Shown piece after piece: positions 38,608 through 48,541 of a stretch of 56,098 bases of DNA. Numbering within the stretch: the stretch's first letter is position 1; every line of letters begins with the position of its first letter. Where the stretch lies: positions 1 to 56,098 of the forward strand of contig CBAAAH010000001.1 in assembly GCA_964658865.1 (NCBI GenBank). The letters are read 5' to 3'. The notes beneath the pieces were generated by a model. The model had not been told where the DNA came from. It was given only the letters and a program-made list of their open reading frames with translations, and ran no database searches. Source of the stretch: an uncultured Granulicella sp. Its GTDB lineage: Bacteria > Acidobacteriota > Terriglobia > Terriglobales > Acidobacteriaceae. A program made the position numbers and the translations under genes.

Positions 38608-40590
38608 TCAGCGGTCGGCTCTAGCCGGTGTCAACGAACGCAACTCCCCCGCCAGCTTGCGCAGATTCGTGTCGCCCTTGCTCAGTACCTGATCTGCGCC
38701 CTCCAGCCGGTTCCGATCACGCGCATCCAGGTCGCGCGCACTCAGCACTACGACGGGGATGTCCGCGACACCCGGCCTTCCGCGCAACTCGTGCAGAAAG
38801 GCAAATCCATCCATCACCGGCATCGTCAGGTCCAGCAGGATCAGTTGGGGTGGCGCATGCAGCACCATGTCCAGCGCTTTCTGGCCGTCGCTCGCCTCCG
38901 AGACACTCCAGCCATTGCGTTGCAATACTGTCCGTAGCCGGGCTCGCGCATCGGCATCGTCGTCCACCACCAGAATGTCTCCGGCATCCCCACGAAACCG
39001 CTCCATCACGCTCTTCAGGTGCTCCCATTCCACCGGCTTCTGCACCGTTTCCACTGCGCCCAGGCTCTCGCCCAACCCCGGTTCATTTACAAAGGTCACC
39101 ATCACCACGGGAATGCGTTCCAGCGCAGGATCGCTTTTCAGCACGTTCAACACCGACCATCCGTCCATCTGCGGCATCACCACGTCCAGCAGAATGGCTC
39201 GTGGATGGACCTCACGCGCCAGTTCAATCCCCGCCCGCCCGGTCGACGCCACGCGCACGGCAAAGCCTTCCCGCTCCAGAAAGCGCGTCAACAATTCCCG
39301 CTGCGATTCGTCATCGTCAATCACCAGAACGATGTGCTTGTCTTCCTTGATCTCTTTGGCGGCATGGCCCTGCATGTCTACCGGTTCCGGAAGAAAGGCA
39401 GGAATGCGAATGGTGAATGTCGACCCTTCGCCATATACGCTGGTGACGCCAATCTCACCACCTAGCAGGTGGCAAAACGCACGCGTAATGGCAAGACCCA
39501 GGCCCGTTCCGCCAAACTTTCGCGTCGTCGAGGCATCCGCTTGCGTAAACCGCTCAAACAGCTTTGCCGTCTGCTCCGGTGTCATGCCGATGCCACTGTC
39601 CGCTACGGCAAACACCAATGCAGTGCCTTCACGATAGGCATGCAGTGTCACTGTTCCGCGCTCGGTAAACTTGGCGGCGTTGCTGATCAGATTGAACAGG
39701 CATTGCCGCAGCTTTACCTGGTCCGTATGCATGCTTCCCAGGTCGTCGCTCTGTTGTACCAGCAACTCATTACCTTTTTGCGATACCAGCCCACCCATCG
39801 TCGTCTGCACATCCCGCAGCAGGTCCGCCACTGCAAATTCCTCCGCATAGGTCGTCATGCGGTCGGCTTCGATTTTCGACAGGTCCAGCACATCATTGAT
39901 CAGAGACAGCAGATGACGCGCGTTCGACTGAATCTTGCGGATATCCTCCAGCCCGAATTTGCTGTCGGAATCTTCCATCTCCTCTTCCAGCAACTCGCTA
40001 TACCCAATCACGGCAGACAGTGGCGTCCGCAGCTCGTGGCTCATATTCGCAAGAAACTCGCTTTTGGCCCGGTTTGCCTCTTCAGCCATATTTTTGGCTT
40101 CGATAAGCTGATCTTCCGCGCGTTTCTGTCCCGTCACGTTTTGAGAAATATTCAGCACGCCGGCGATCTTGCCGTCGCGGCCATACACTGCGCTGTAGGC
40201 GTACGTCCAGAACATCGGTTCCCATACGCCGTCCTGCAACAACGTTAGCGGAGCGCTTTCGAACATGACGCTCTCGCCCGTGGTAAACACCGAACTTAGC
40301 TGAGCACCGATGGCTGCCATCGCTTCTGGCCATACCTCACGCACAGGCCTTCCTAGGCAGTGCGGGTGGCGATCCTGCAAGAACGGCAGCAGCGCGTCGT
40401 TGTAGAGCGTGAACATCTCTGAACCCCAGTACACCTGCATGGGCAGCGGCGAAGCAAGCAACAGATTTATCACGTCAACTAGCGTTTCCGGCCAGGTTTG
40501 AATCTCCCCCAGAGGATGGTTCGCCCAGTTGTATCGGCGGATCAACTCCGCCATCACGCCGTTGCTTGCAATCTGTCCTTGTGTACTCAC
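38608..40590 (-). CDS. Hybrid sensor histidine kinase (PAS-HisKA-HATPase-REC-REC), cytoplasmic
   Basis: FLANMSHELRTPL, NLISNAAKFT, DSGIG, GGTGLGL and two receiver domains. GTG start at 40590 after AGAGGA (ORF open from 40656). Confidence 0.93.
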   Translation of the reverse strand: MSTQGQIASNGVMAELIRRYNWANHPLGEIQTWPETLVDVINLLLASPLPMQVYWGSEMFTLYNDALLPFLQDRHPHCLGRPVREVWPEAMAAIGAQLSSVFTTGESVMFESAPLTLLQDGVWEPMFWTYAYSAVYGRDGKIAGVLNISQNVTGQKRAEDQLIEAKNMAEEANRAKSEFLANMSHELRTPLSAVIGYSELLEEEMEDSDSKFGLEDIRKIQSNARHLLSLINDVLDLSKIEADRMTTYAEEFAVADLLRDVQTTMGGLVSQKGNELLVQQSDDLGSMHTDQVKLRQCLFNLISNAAKFTERGTVTLHAYREGTALVFAVADSGIGMTPEQTAKLFERFTQADASTTRKFGGTGLGLAITRAFCHLLGGEIGVTSVYGEGSTFTIRIPAFLPEPVDMQGHAAKEIKEDKHIVLVIDDDESQRELLTRFLEREGFAVRVASTGRAGIELAREVHPRAILLDVVMPQMDGWSVLNVLKSDPALERIPVVMVTFVNEPGLGESLGAVETVQKPVEWEHLKSVMERFRGDAGDILVVDDDADARARLRTVLQRNGWSVSEASDGQKALDMVLHAPPQLILLDLTMPVMDGFAFLHELRGRPGVADIPVVVLSARDLDARDRNRLEGADQVLSKGDTNLRKLAGELRSLTPARADR

Positions 40591-40760
40591 CTGAACGTCC
40601 TCTGTGACTCTGCTCGCGGTATTGGATGCGCAAAACCGACGAAGGTAGCTCTCCACCTATTTTCCTGGCGCTAGGGAGTGGAAAAGACTCAGAAATGCCG
40701 ACGGGTGAATGGAACGGGAGCTACAGGACGAAAAGGAATATTTGATCGTGTCGGAGCGGT

Positions 40761-41855
40761 TCAGGCCGTGCCTTCCGCTGGAGGCACGCTTTGCGGCGTC
40801 GACGGCGCAAGCTCATCGTGGACGCTACGATCGCTGTCGATGCGTCGCCAAAGGATGCGGAGAATCGCAACGACCGGCACGGACACCAGTGCGCCAACGA
40901 CGCCTGCCAGCTCGGCCCCGGCAAGCACTGCAAAGATCTGCACAAGGGGTGAAATTTCCAGGGATGCACCCATGATTTTCGGGCCATTGACGTAATCCTG
41001 CATTAGCCGCCACACACCCAGAAACACCACCAGCCATACCAGGTGGCCATAGCTCGTCAGGCCCGCGACACCAAACACCGACACCGCCGCAACTGCCGGT
41101 CCAACTACCGGGACGAACTCAAAGATACCCGCCAGCGGCCCGAGCACAAACGCATAGGGCACGCCCATGATGCTCAAAACCACCGTATATACCACCATTG
41201 TGAGCGACGCCAGAATTAACTGCGCACGAATGTAACTGCCCAGCACCACATTTGCATCGGTAACGATACCCTTCAGCGCGACACGTTGCGAGGGACGCTT
41301 GCCCAGTCGCACTACCGCTTCGGCCATTTCTTCGCCATCTTTCAAAAAAAATAGGCTCAGAATTGGAATCAGGATCAGCCACCAAATATGCTGAGCGGGT
41401 TGCGCCAGCTTCGTTCCCAGCACCTTCAAGTACCCCAGCAGGTCCCCGCGGTGTTGCATAAAAAACCCGCGAATCTGTTCCTGCCGCGCCGCGCTCCAGC
41501 CATGCGCGCTTCCCATGCGTGAGAGATATTCCCCGGAAGCTAGGGTATTCGCCATGCCCGGCAGACTCGTGCTCAGGTCTTTTGCCTCCTGCGCGATCTG
41601 CGGTCCAATTAAAAACCCAAGCCCCACCAGGACGCCAATGCCGATCAGGTACACCGCCGCGATTGCTTTCACGCGTCCATGCAGCGGTTTCTGCAGTCGT
41701 GCGACCAGCGGTGCCACAAAGTAGGCAAACAGAATGGCGAACAAAAACAGCGTCAGCGTTTCGCGCGCCGCTCGCAGAAAATACAATACCGCGGCAAACA
41801 TTAATGCCGTACTCAGCACGCGCGCAGTCTTACCGTCCCAAAACTTTAAAAGCAT
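40761..41855 (-). CDS. AI-2E (PerM/UPF0118) family transporter
   Basis: FLFAILFAYFVAPLV, LSLFFLKDG, SYIRAQL, PKIMG..LEISPL. Confidence 0.9.
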   Translation of the reverse strand: MLLKFWDGKTARVLSTALMFAAVLYFLRAARETLTLFLFAILFAYFVAPLVARLQKPLHGRVKAIAAVYLIGIGVLVGLGFLIGPQIAQEAKDLSTSLPGMANTLASGEYLSRMGSAHGWSAARQEQIRGFFMQHRGDLLGYLKVLGTKLAQPAQHIWWLILIPILSLFFLKDGEEMAEAVVRLGKRPSQRVALKGIVTDANVVLGSYIRAQLILASLTMVVYTVVLSIMGVPYAFVLGPLAGIFEFVPVVGPAVAAVSVFGVAGLTSYGHLVWLVVFLGVWRLMQDYVNGPKIMGASLEISPLVQIFAVLAGAELAGVVGALVSVPVVAILRILWRRIDSDRSVHDELAPSTPQSVPPAEGTA

Positions 41856-41967
41856 TTTGTACTAGATGCCAAACTCCATCACGCCGCACACCTGGACCGG
41901 CGCAAAAAGAATTCTGTGTCCATCGCTCGATGCGGCGGTGCAAGTCCACCGCGGCATCACACCATCC

Positions 41968-43827
41968 GTGAACGACACTGCCGGTTGTACCAGTACCCAC
42001 CGCATGCTTTTCGGCGCAGAAGTTCTGCCCTCCGGTAGCGTGCGCTTTCGCCTTTTCGCACCGGCAGCAGGCTCCGTGCGCCTCGCTCTGGAAGATCGTC
42101 CAACAGACCTGGTACCCCTGCAAAAATTAAATGACGGCTGGTATGAAGTCGTAACGCCGGCCGCCCACGCCGGCTCACTCTACCGCTTTCTGCTGCCCGA
42201 CGGCACAGCAGTTCCCGATCCCGCGTCGCGCTATCAGCCTCACGATGTCCACGGCCCCAGCGAGGTTGTCGACCCCGCTTCCTACACCTGGACCGACGTC
42301 TCATGGCAGGGAAGGCCATGGTCCGAAGCGGTTCTTTATGAGTTGCACGTCGGGACCTTTACCCCGGCAGGCACCTTCGCTGCGGCAGCCGCGAAGCTCG
42401 ACCATCTCGCACGCATTGGTATCACTGCCATTGAACTGATGTGCATCGCCGACTTTCCCGGCCTGCGTAACTGGGGCTACGACTCCGTCCTGATGTACGC
42501 GCCAGACTCGAGCTATGGTCGGCCGGATGACCTGAAAGCCTTTATTGATGCCGCCCATCACCGCGGTATCCAGGTCATCCTCGACGTGGTCTATAACCAT
42601 TTCGGCCCGGAAGGAAACTACCTGCCGCGCTACTTTCCGCAACTGCTCACCAGCGACCACACCACGCCGTGGGGCGACGCGCTCAATTTCGACGAGGACT
42701 CTGCCAACGGCGGAGTCTGTGCCAAGCAGGTGAGGGAACTCATCCTGCACAATGCGCTGTACTGGGTCGAAGAGTTTCACATCGACGGTTTGCGCCTCGA
42801 CGCTTCGCACACCATCATCGACCACAGTCGCCTCCATGTTCTGGATGAAATGGCAATTCGCGTCCGCGAGTTTGCTGCAGCACAGTTGCCGCCGCGTCAC
42901 GTTCACCTCATCCGCGAAGATGAAGACAACGTCTCCAACGCGCTCGTTCGTAATGCAGAGGGTATCGCCGAACGTTACACCGCGCAGTGGAACCACGACA
43001 TGAGCCACCTGCTCGGCGCCGGCATGCGCTCTGTCTTTGATGAACCGGGCGACGGCAGCCCTGACGACGAAACCCGCCGCCTTTCTCACGCCATCGCCGA
43101 GGGTTTCATTCTGGCTGCGGAAGATAAGGAGTCACGTGGCGAAGGCGAAGCCCACCGCTGCGAAGTTCCGCCGACCGCTTTCATCAGCTTCGTCCAGACG
43201 CATGATCTCATTGGCAATCGCATTGCCGGCGAGCGCATCCACGCGCTCATTCCACCGCAGCACGTTCATGCCGTCATGGCCGTCCTGTTGCTTGTACCGC
43301 AGGTCCCGATGCTATTCATGGGCGACGAATTCGCAGCAACCAGTCCCTTCCCGTACTTCTGCGATTTCCACGGTCAACTCGGCCATGATGTCGGCAAGGG
43401 GCGCCGTGAATTCCTGCAAAAACTCCACAACGCGAGCGACGAGGAACTGGCGAAATCCCCTGATCCGCAGGCGGAAGAAACCTTTCTTTCCGCAAAACTA
43501 AACTGGCAGGAACTTGAAGATTCGGCTCACAGCGACTGGCTGCCCTGGTACCGCAACATCCTGCGTGTGCGCCTCGAATCTATCGCGCCGCTTATCAGCC
43601 GGCTCGGCGGCCGATGTGGCCAGCCCCGCATCCTTGCCGCGAATACCTTTGAAGTCGCATGGATGCTGAACGAGGGCAGGGAACTTCGCCTCAGTGCCAA
43701 CCTTCGCCCTTTCTCCTGGAATGGCTTCACCGCTGTTGCTGAAGGCGCGGAAACCATCTGGCTCGAAGGGCAGGCCCTCAGTCCTGCAGAGCTCGCGGCG
43801 TACTCCGTCCGTTGGACCCTCAGCTAG
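41968..43827 (+). CDS. treZ: Malto-oligosyltrehalose trehalohydrolase (GH13)
   Basis: PDPASRYQPHDVHGPS, YELHVGTFT, NWGYD, DVVYNHFGPEGNYL, GLRLDA, THDLIGNR. GTG 41968 chosen because ATG 41866 abuts the divergent gene. Confidence 0.88.
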   Translation: MNDTAGCTSTHRMLFGAEVLPSGSVRFRLFAPAAGSVRLALEDRPTDLVPLQKLNDGWYEVVTPAAHAGSLYRFLLPDGTAVPDPASRYQPHDVHGPSEVVDPASYTWTDVSWQGRPWSEAVLYELHVGTFTPAGTFAAAAAKLDHLARIGITAIELMCIADFPGLRNWGYDSVLMYAPDSSYGRPDDLKAFIDAAHHRGIQVILDVVYNHFGPEGNYLPRYFPQLLTSDHTTPWGDALNFDEDSANGGVCAKQVRELILHNALYWVEEFHIDGLRLDASHTIIDHSRLHVLDEMAIRVREFAAAQLPPRHVHLIREDEDNVSNALVRNAEGIAERYTAQWNHDMSHLLGAGMRSVFDEPGDGSPDDETRRLSHAIAEGFILAAEDKESRGEGEAHRCEVPPTAFISFVQTHDLIGNRIAGERIHALIPPQHVHAVMAVLLLVPQVPMLFMGDEFAATSPFPYFCDFHGQLGHDVGKGRREFLQKLHNASDEELAKSPDPQAEETFLSAKLNWQELEDSAHSDWLPWYRNILRVRLESIAPLISRLGGRCGQPRILAANTFEVAWMLNEGRELRLSANLRPFSWNGFTAVAEGAETIWLEGQALSPAELAAYSVRWTLS

Positions 43828-44081
43828 CTTTATCGCTCGGGTTTTACTCCAAGGATGGTGTAGCGATTCGGACAAGCTCACTGATCGGGGCGGCACTCCA
43901 TCACACCACCTGTGGGCCATCCATAGCGCTCACAAGAAAAACGAAACCGGCGCATCAAGTAGCTGCACATTGTGTGACGGACCCACCCACTCGAACCATA
44001 AAGAAGTCATGGTGTGTACCGTGCTGAATCGCATTCCATCTTTGGACGAAACAAACATTTCTGCTGCGCCGAATCGAGCAC

Positions 44082-44110
44082 AAAAAGCCTCTCCGCGGAG
44101 GGAGAGGCTT
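44082..44110 (-). terminator. Rho-independent terminator downstream of glgP
   Basis: 10-bp stem AAGCCTCTCC/GGAGAGGCTT with a T-run on the minus strand. Confidence 0.8.
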
Positions 44111-44130
44111 GGATGAAAGCAGGATGGGAA

Positions 44131-46614
44131 CTAACGCCGAACCGGTACCTTCCAGATATCCGCGCAGTACTCGCGAATCGCTCGGTCTGAGCTGAACTTT
44201 CCGGACCGTGCCGTATTCAGCAGCGATGTCTTGCTCCACTGGTGCTGGTCCGCAAATGCCGTACCCGCCTCGCCCTGCACCTTCACATAGTCGTCGAAAT
44301 CGGCCATCACGAAAAAGCGGTCCACCTGCAGCAGGTCGCGCACGATCGGCGCAAAGGTGTCGCGATCGCCGTTGCTGAATCGCCCGCTGCTCAGCCCGTC
44401 GATCACTTCCTTCAGCAACGGGCTCTTCTCGTAATAGGTGCGTGGCCGGTAGCCGTGCGCTTGCTCGTCCGCAATCTCCGCCGCTGTCTTGCCAAACAGG
44501 AAGAAGTTCTCTGCGCCCACCTCGTCGCGAATTTCGATGTTCGCGCCATCCAGCGTTCCGATGGATACCGCCCCGTTCATCATGAACTTCATGCAGCCCG
44601 TGCCGCTGGCTTCCTTGCCTGCGGTTGAAATCTGCTCATGTAAGTCGGCGGCGGGATAGATCCGCTGGCCTAAACTAACCGAGTAATCCGGCACGAATAC
44701 CACCTGCAATAAATCCTTCGTGTCCGGATCTTCGCCGACGAACTCACCCACGCTGCACACCAGCTTGATCATCAGCTTGGCATAGGTGTAACTCGGCGCG
44801 GCTTTGCCACCGAACAGGAACGTGCGCGGCGGTATATCTTTCAACTCGCCGCTTTTGATGCGGCAATACATACTCAGAATGTGCAGCGCGTTCATGTGCT
44901 GCCGCTTGTACTCGTGAATACGCTTCACCTGCACGTCGAACATGCTCGCCGGATTCAGTGTCATGCCCATCGTGCGATTTACGAAGTCTGAGAGCCGGCC
45001 CTTCGATGCCTCCTGCCGCTTGCGCCATTTCTCCAGAAATCCATTGTCCTCGACAAACTTTTCCAGCACCCTCAATTCCATCAGGTCTGTGTGCCAGCCC
45101 TGTCCGATGCTCTCGTCGATCAGCGCCGTCAGCGGCGGGTCTGCCAGCATCATCCATCGCCGCGGTGTCACGCCATTAGTTTTATTGCTGAATCGCTCGG
45201 GGAACGCCTCATAAAAATCCTTGAGCGTGTCTTCTTTCAGCAGTTGTGTGTGCAGCGCCGCCACACCGTTTACGGCCTTGCTGCCGACGACCGCCAAGTT
45301 CGCCATCCGTACCTGCTTTTCGCCGGTCTCCCCGATCAGGCTCATGCGCTCCAGCTTCGCCGCATCGTTCGGAAACTTCGCCGACATCTCCTTTAGAAAA
45401 CGACGATTGATTTCGTAAATAATCTCCAGGTGTCGCGGCAGCAGACCCGCAAAGATCGGCAGCGGCCATTTCTCCAACGCTTCCGGCAGCAGCGTGTGGT
45501 TGGTGTACCCGAACGTGCCCTGCGTGATCGTCCACGCCTCTTCCCATTCCAGGCTCTCTTCGTCGGTCAGAATGCGCATCAGCTCCGGGATGCCGATCGA
45601 TGGGTGCGTATCGTTTAACTGCACCGTCCACTTTTCGGCAAACTCGTTCATCGGCCGGCCCTGCAGCTTGGTCAGCCGCACCATGTCCTTCAGGCTGCAT
45701 GCGGTGAAGAAGTACTGCTGCATCAGCCGCAGCCGCTTGCCCTGCTCGGTCTCGTCCGGCGGATAGAGCACCTTCGAAATCGTTTCGGACTCCATCTTTT
45801 CCCGCACTGCGCCCATATAATCGCCGCGATTAAACGTCTCCAGGTCGAAGCTGTCCTCTGCCTCCGCCTTCCACAGCCGCAGCCGGTTCACCTGCTTATC
45901 GCGGAAGCCCGGAATGGGCGTGTCATACGCGATGCCCTTGACCTTGAACGCCGGAATCCACTTCCAGTGAATGGTTCCGTCCTCAGAGGTCGTCGTTTCG
46001 GTGTGGCCACCGAACGAAATATCTTGGCTGGCATCGCTCGCTGCAATCTCCCACGGGTTGCCGTACTGCAGCCACTTGTCCGAATGCTCAATCTGCCAGC
46101 CGTCCTTGATCTCCTGCCGAAAGATGCCGAACTCATACCGCAGTCCGTATCCGATCGCAGGCACCTCCAGCGTCGTGAGGGAATCCATGTAGCAGGCGGC
46201 AAGACGCCCCAGGCCGCCATTTCCTAGCCCCGGTTCCGGCTCTGCATCGGCCATCGCGGTAAGGCTCAGGCCCATGCCTTCGGTCGCCACCTCCGCCGCA
46301 TGGCTGATACCTAAGTTCAGCATGCCGTTCATCAGGTGCGGTCCCAGCAGAAACTCCGCGCTCAGGTAAGCCACCACGCGCACATCCTGCTGTTTGTAGT
46401 GCTCGACCGTCTCGATCCAGTCGTCCATCACACGGTCTCGTACCACGTGCGCCATCGCACGATACCGGTCCAGCTCGCTGGCGAACTCAATGGGCTTGCC
46501 CAGCGTGCGCCGCATGTGGCGCAGAAACGCGGAACGAATGCCTTCTGCCGAACGATTGTCCTGAATCATATTGCCGCCCTGTCCCGTCGTATTGCTGTCT
46601 GCCTGCTCTGCCAA
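44131..46614 (-). CDS. glgP: Glycogen/starch/alpha-glucan phosphorylase
   Basis: GLGNGGLGRLAACY, QLNDTHP, YTNHT, KRIHEYKRQ, EASGTGCMKF (PLP lysine), FSSDR. TTG start after GGAGG (alternatives 46569, 46665). Confidence 0.95.
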   Translation of the reverse strand: MAEQADSNTTGQGGNMIQDNRSAEGIRSAFLRHMRRTLGKPIEFASELDRYRAMAHVVRDRVMDDWIETVEHYKQQDVRVVAYLSAEFLLGPHLMNGMLNLGISHAAEVATEGMGLSLTAMADAEPEPGLGNGGLGRLAACYMDSLTTLEVPAIGYGLRYEFGIFRQEIKDGWQIEHSDKWLQYGNPWEIAASDASQDISFGGHTETTTSEDGTIHWKWIPAFKVKGIAYDTPIPGFRDKQVNRLRLWKAEAEDSFDLETFNRGDYMGAVREKMESETISKVLYPPDETEQGKRLRLMQQYFFTACSLKDMVRLTKLQGRPMNEFAEKWTVQLNDTHPSIGIPELMRILTDEESLEWEEAWTITQGTFGYTNHTLLPEALEKWPLPIFAGLLPRHLEIIYEINRRFLKEMSAKFPNDAAKLERMSLIGETGEKQVRMANLAVVGSKAVNGVAALHTQLLKEDTLKDFYEAFPERFSNKTNGVTPRRWMMLADPPLTALIDESIGQGWHTDLMELRVLEKFVEDNGFLEKWRKRQEASKGRLSDFVNRTMGMTLNPASMFDVQVKRIHEYKRQHMNALHILSMYCRIKSGELKDIPPRTFLFGGKAAPSYTYAKLMIKLVCSVGEFVGEDPDTKDLLQVVFVPDYSVSLGQRIYPAADLHEQISTAGKEASGTGCMKFMMNGAVSIGTLDGANIEIRDEVGAENFFLFGKTAAEIADEQAHGYRPRTYYEKSPLLKEVIDGLSSGRFSNGDRDTFAPIVRDLLQVDRFFVMADFDDYVKVQGEAGTAFADQHQWSKTSLLNTARSGKFSSDRAIREYCADIWKVPVRR

Positions 46615-46761
46615 ACTCGGCCTCCCGAAGGTCGCATCAATGGAGCTACGCTCCAATCCTCCCACGAAAGCCGGTATGTCGTATCAAGCCTAGGTCTTTC
46701 CCCCTATCCCCTGAGATCGCCGACCATGTTAGCCTGAATTCCAGTCAAACCGAGAGAACCC

Positions 46762-47916
46762 ATGAGCACCGAGACCCAGACCTATACTCGCAACAACCCC
46801 TTCGTCTCCACCATGCTGGTCAACTACGTCATGACCGACAGCGACTCCGAAAAGGAAACCCGCCACATCGAGCTTGCCCTCGACCCTTCCATGACGTACA
46901 CCCCAGGCGACGCGGTAGGCATTCTGCCCACCAACCGCGACAGCGAAGTCGATGACGTGCTCAAGGCCATCGGCTACACCGGCTCCGAACAGGTGCTCGA
47001 CTTCTTCAAGAAGCCCACGGACCTGCGCGACGCCCTGACCACCAAGCTGCACATCGGCAAACTCACCCGCGGTTCGGTCAATGCGTATGCAAAGGTCGCG
47101 CCCGAAAGCACACCCGGCCTCGACTTCCTCAAGAGCCTCGCCGGTCAGGACAACAAATCCCGCGCCGAAGAGTACGTCTACGGCCGCGAGTTTCTTGACC
47201 TCGCACAGGAGCACCCCGGCGGCATCACCGATCCGCAGCAGCTATTTACGATCCTCGGTCGGCTCACGCCTCGGATGTACAGCATCGCCAGCGCCCAGGC
47301 GAAGAACGCCGACACCGTGCATACCACGGTCCGCGTCGTGCGTTACCACACCCATAATCGCGACCGCCAGGGCCTCTGCAGCGGCCACCTCGGCGAGCGT
47401 GCCGATCAGGGCGCAACCATGCCCATCTTCCTGCACGCCAACCAGAACTTCCGCCTGCCTGAAGACAAGTCCGCGCCCGTCATTATGATCGGCCCAGGCA
47501 CCGGTATCGCCCCGTTCCGGGCCTTTCTGCAGCAGCGCCAGGTCGACGGCGGCGGGGGCAAAAACTGGCTTTTCTTCGGCGAGCAGCGCCGCGCCTCGGA
47601 TTTCCTTTACGAAAAGGAGTGGGACGCTATGGTTGCCGATGGCACGCTTACCCGCATTGACACCGCCTTCTCCCGCGATCAGCAGAAGAAAATTTACGTG
47701 CAGGACCGCATGAAGGAGAACTCGGCCGAGCTCTTCTCCTGGCTTGAGCAGGGTGCTTTCTTCTACGTCTGCGGCGACGCTAGCCGTATGGCCAAGGACG
47801 TCGAAACAACCCTCCTCGACTCCATCGCCAACGGCAAATCCTGCTCCCCCGACGCCGCGCAGGAATACCTCAACACCATGAAAAAAGAAAAGCGCTACCA
47901 GCTCGACGTCTACTAA
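46762..47916 (+). CDS. Sulfite reductase flavoprotein-like FAD/NADPH oxidoreductase without a flavodoxin domain
   Basis: KETRHIEL, PRMYSIAS, GLCSGHL, MIGPGTGIAPFRAF, AFSRDQ..KIYVQD, YVCGDA, RYQLDVY. 384 aa with no FMN module. Confidence 0.88.
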   Translation: MSTETQTYTRNNPFVSTMLVNYVMTDSDSEKETRHIELALDPSMTYTPGDAVGILPTNRDSEVDDVLKAIGYTGSEQVLDFFKKPTDLRDALTTKLHIGKLTRGSVNAYAKVAPESTPGLDFLKSLAGQDNKSRAEEYVYGREFLDLAQEHPGGITDPQQLFTILGRLTPRMYSIASAQAKNADTVHTTVRVVRYHTHNRDRQGLCSGHLGERADQGATMPIFLHANQNFRLPEDKSAPVIMIGPGTGIAPFRAFLQQRQVDGGGGKNWLFFGEQRRASDFLYEKEWDAMVADGTLTRIDTAFSRDQQKKIYVQDRMKENSAELFSWLEQGAFFYVCGDASRMAKDVETTLLDSIANGKSCSPDAAQEYLNTMKKEKRYQLDVY

Positions 47917-47925
47917 AATTAGATA

Positions 47926-48132
47926 ATGGTTCGCGAAGGCTGGACATTCACGCGCGTCACCGACACAGAAGCTTTCGAGCGTCAGGAGTACGACGCATGG
48001 CAGGCGCTCTCAATTGGGGAGCGCCTGCGCATTTCGATGGAGATGAACGAAGCCATCTTTAACGCATACGGCAGAACGTATGAGGCGGTGGGCGGACGTG
48101 AGCGACTTCAAAGATCTGCTGATTCTCTTTAA
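47926..48132 (+). CDS. Small hypothetical protein (putative antitoxin)
   Basis: 68 aa, W..LSIGERLRISMEM; overlaps the downstream nucleotidyltransferase gene; TAAAAT -10 box 6 nt upstream. Confidence 0.6.
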   Translation: MVREGWTFTRVTDTEAFERQEYDAWQALSIGERLRISMEMNEAIFNAYGRTYEAVGGRERLQRSADSL

Positions 48133-48541
48133 CAAGCATGCCGTTCGCTACCTTATCGTCGGCGGTTTCGCCTACTCCATCCACCGTGAATTTCGCGCAA
48201 CAAAAGACTTGGACGTTTTCGTCGAGGCGACTCCGGAAAACAGTCTGAGAACCTTCGCCGCTCTCGCGGAGTTTGGTGCACCTTTGGCTGGCCTCACAGC
48301 GCAGGATTTCGCCTCAGAGAATGGCACATGGTACGGAATGGGGCGTCCTCCTGCTCGCATTGACGTGCTCGTCCGAATCGATGGAAAAACCTTTGCCGCG
48401 GCATGGCCCAATCGGAAGGAAGACATTCTTTTCGGGGTACCCGTTCATGTCATTTCGCGGGAAGACTTAATTGAGAACAAACTGGCTGCTGGGCGCCCTC
48501 AAGATCTCGTGGACGTAAACGAACTTCGCAGGTTCGCTTAA
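48098..48541 (+). CDS. Nucleotidyltransferase-fold protein (DUF6036-like)
   Basis: YLIVGGFA..H..RATKDLDVFV, RIDVL, LIENKLAAGRPQDLVDV; GTG start at 48098. Confidence 0.8.
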   Translation: MSDFKDLLILFNKHAVRYLIVGGFAYSIHREFRATKDLDVFVEATPENSLRTFAALAEFGAPLAGLTAQDFASENGTWYGMGRPPARIDVLVRIDGKTFAAAWPNRKEDILFGVPVHVISREDLIENKLAAGRPQDLVDVNELRRFA

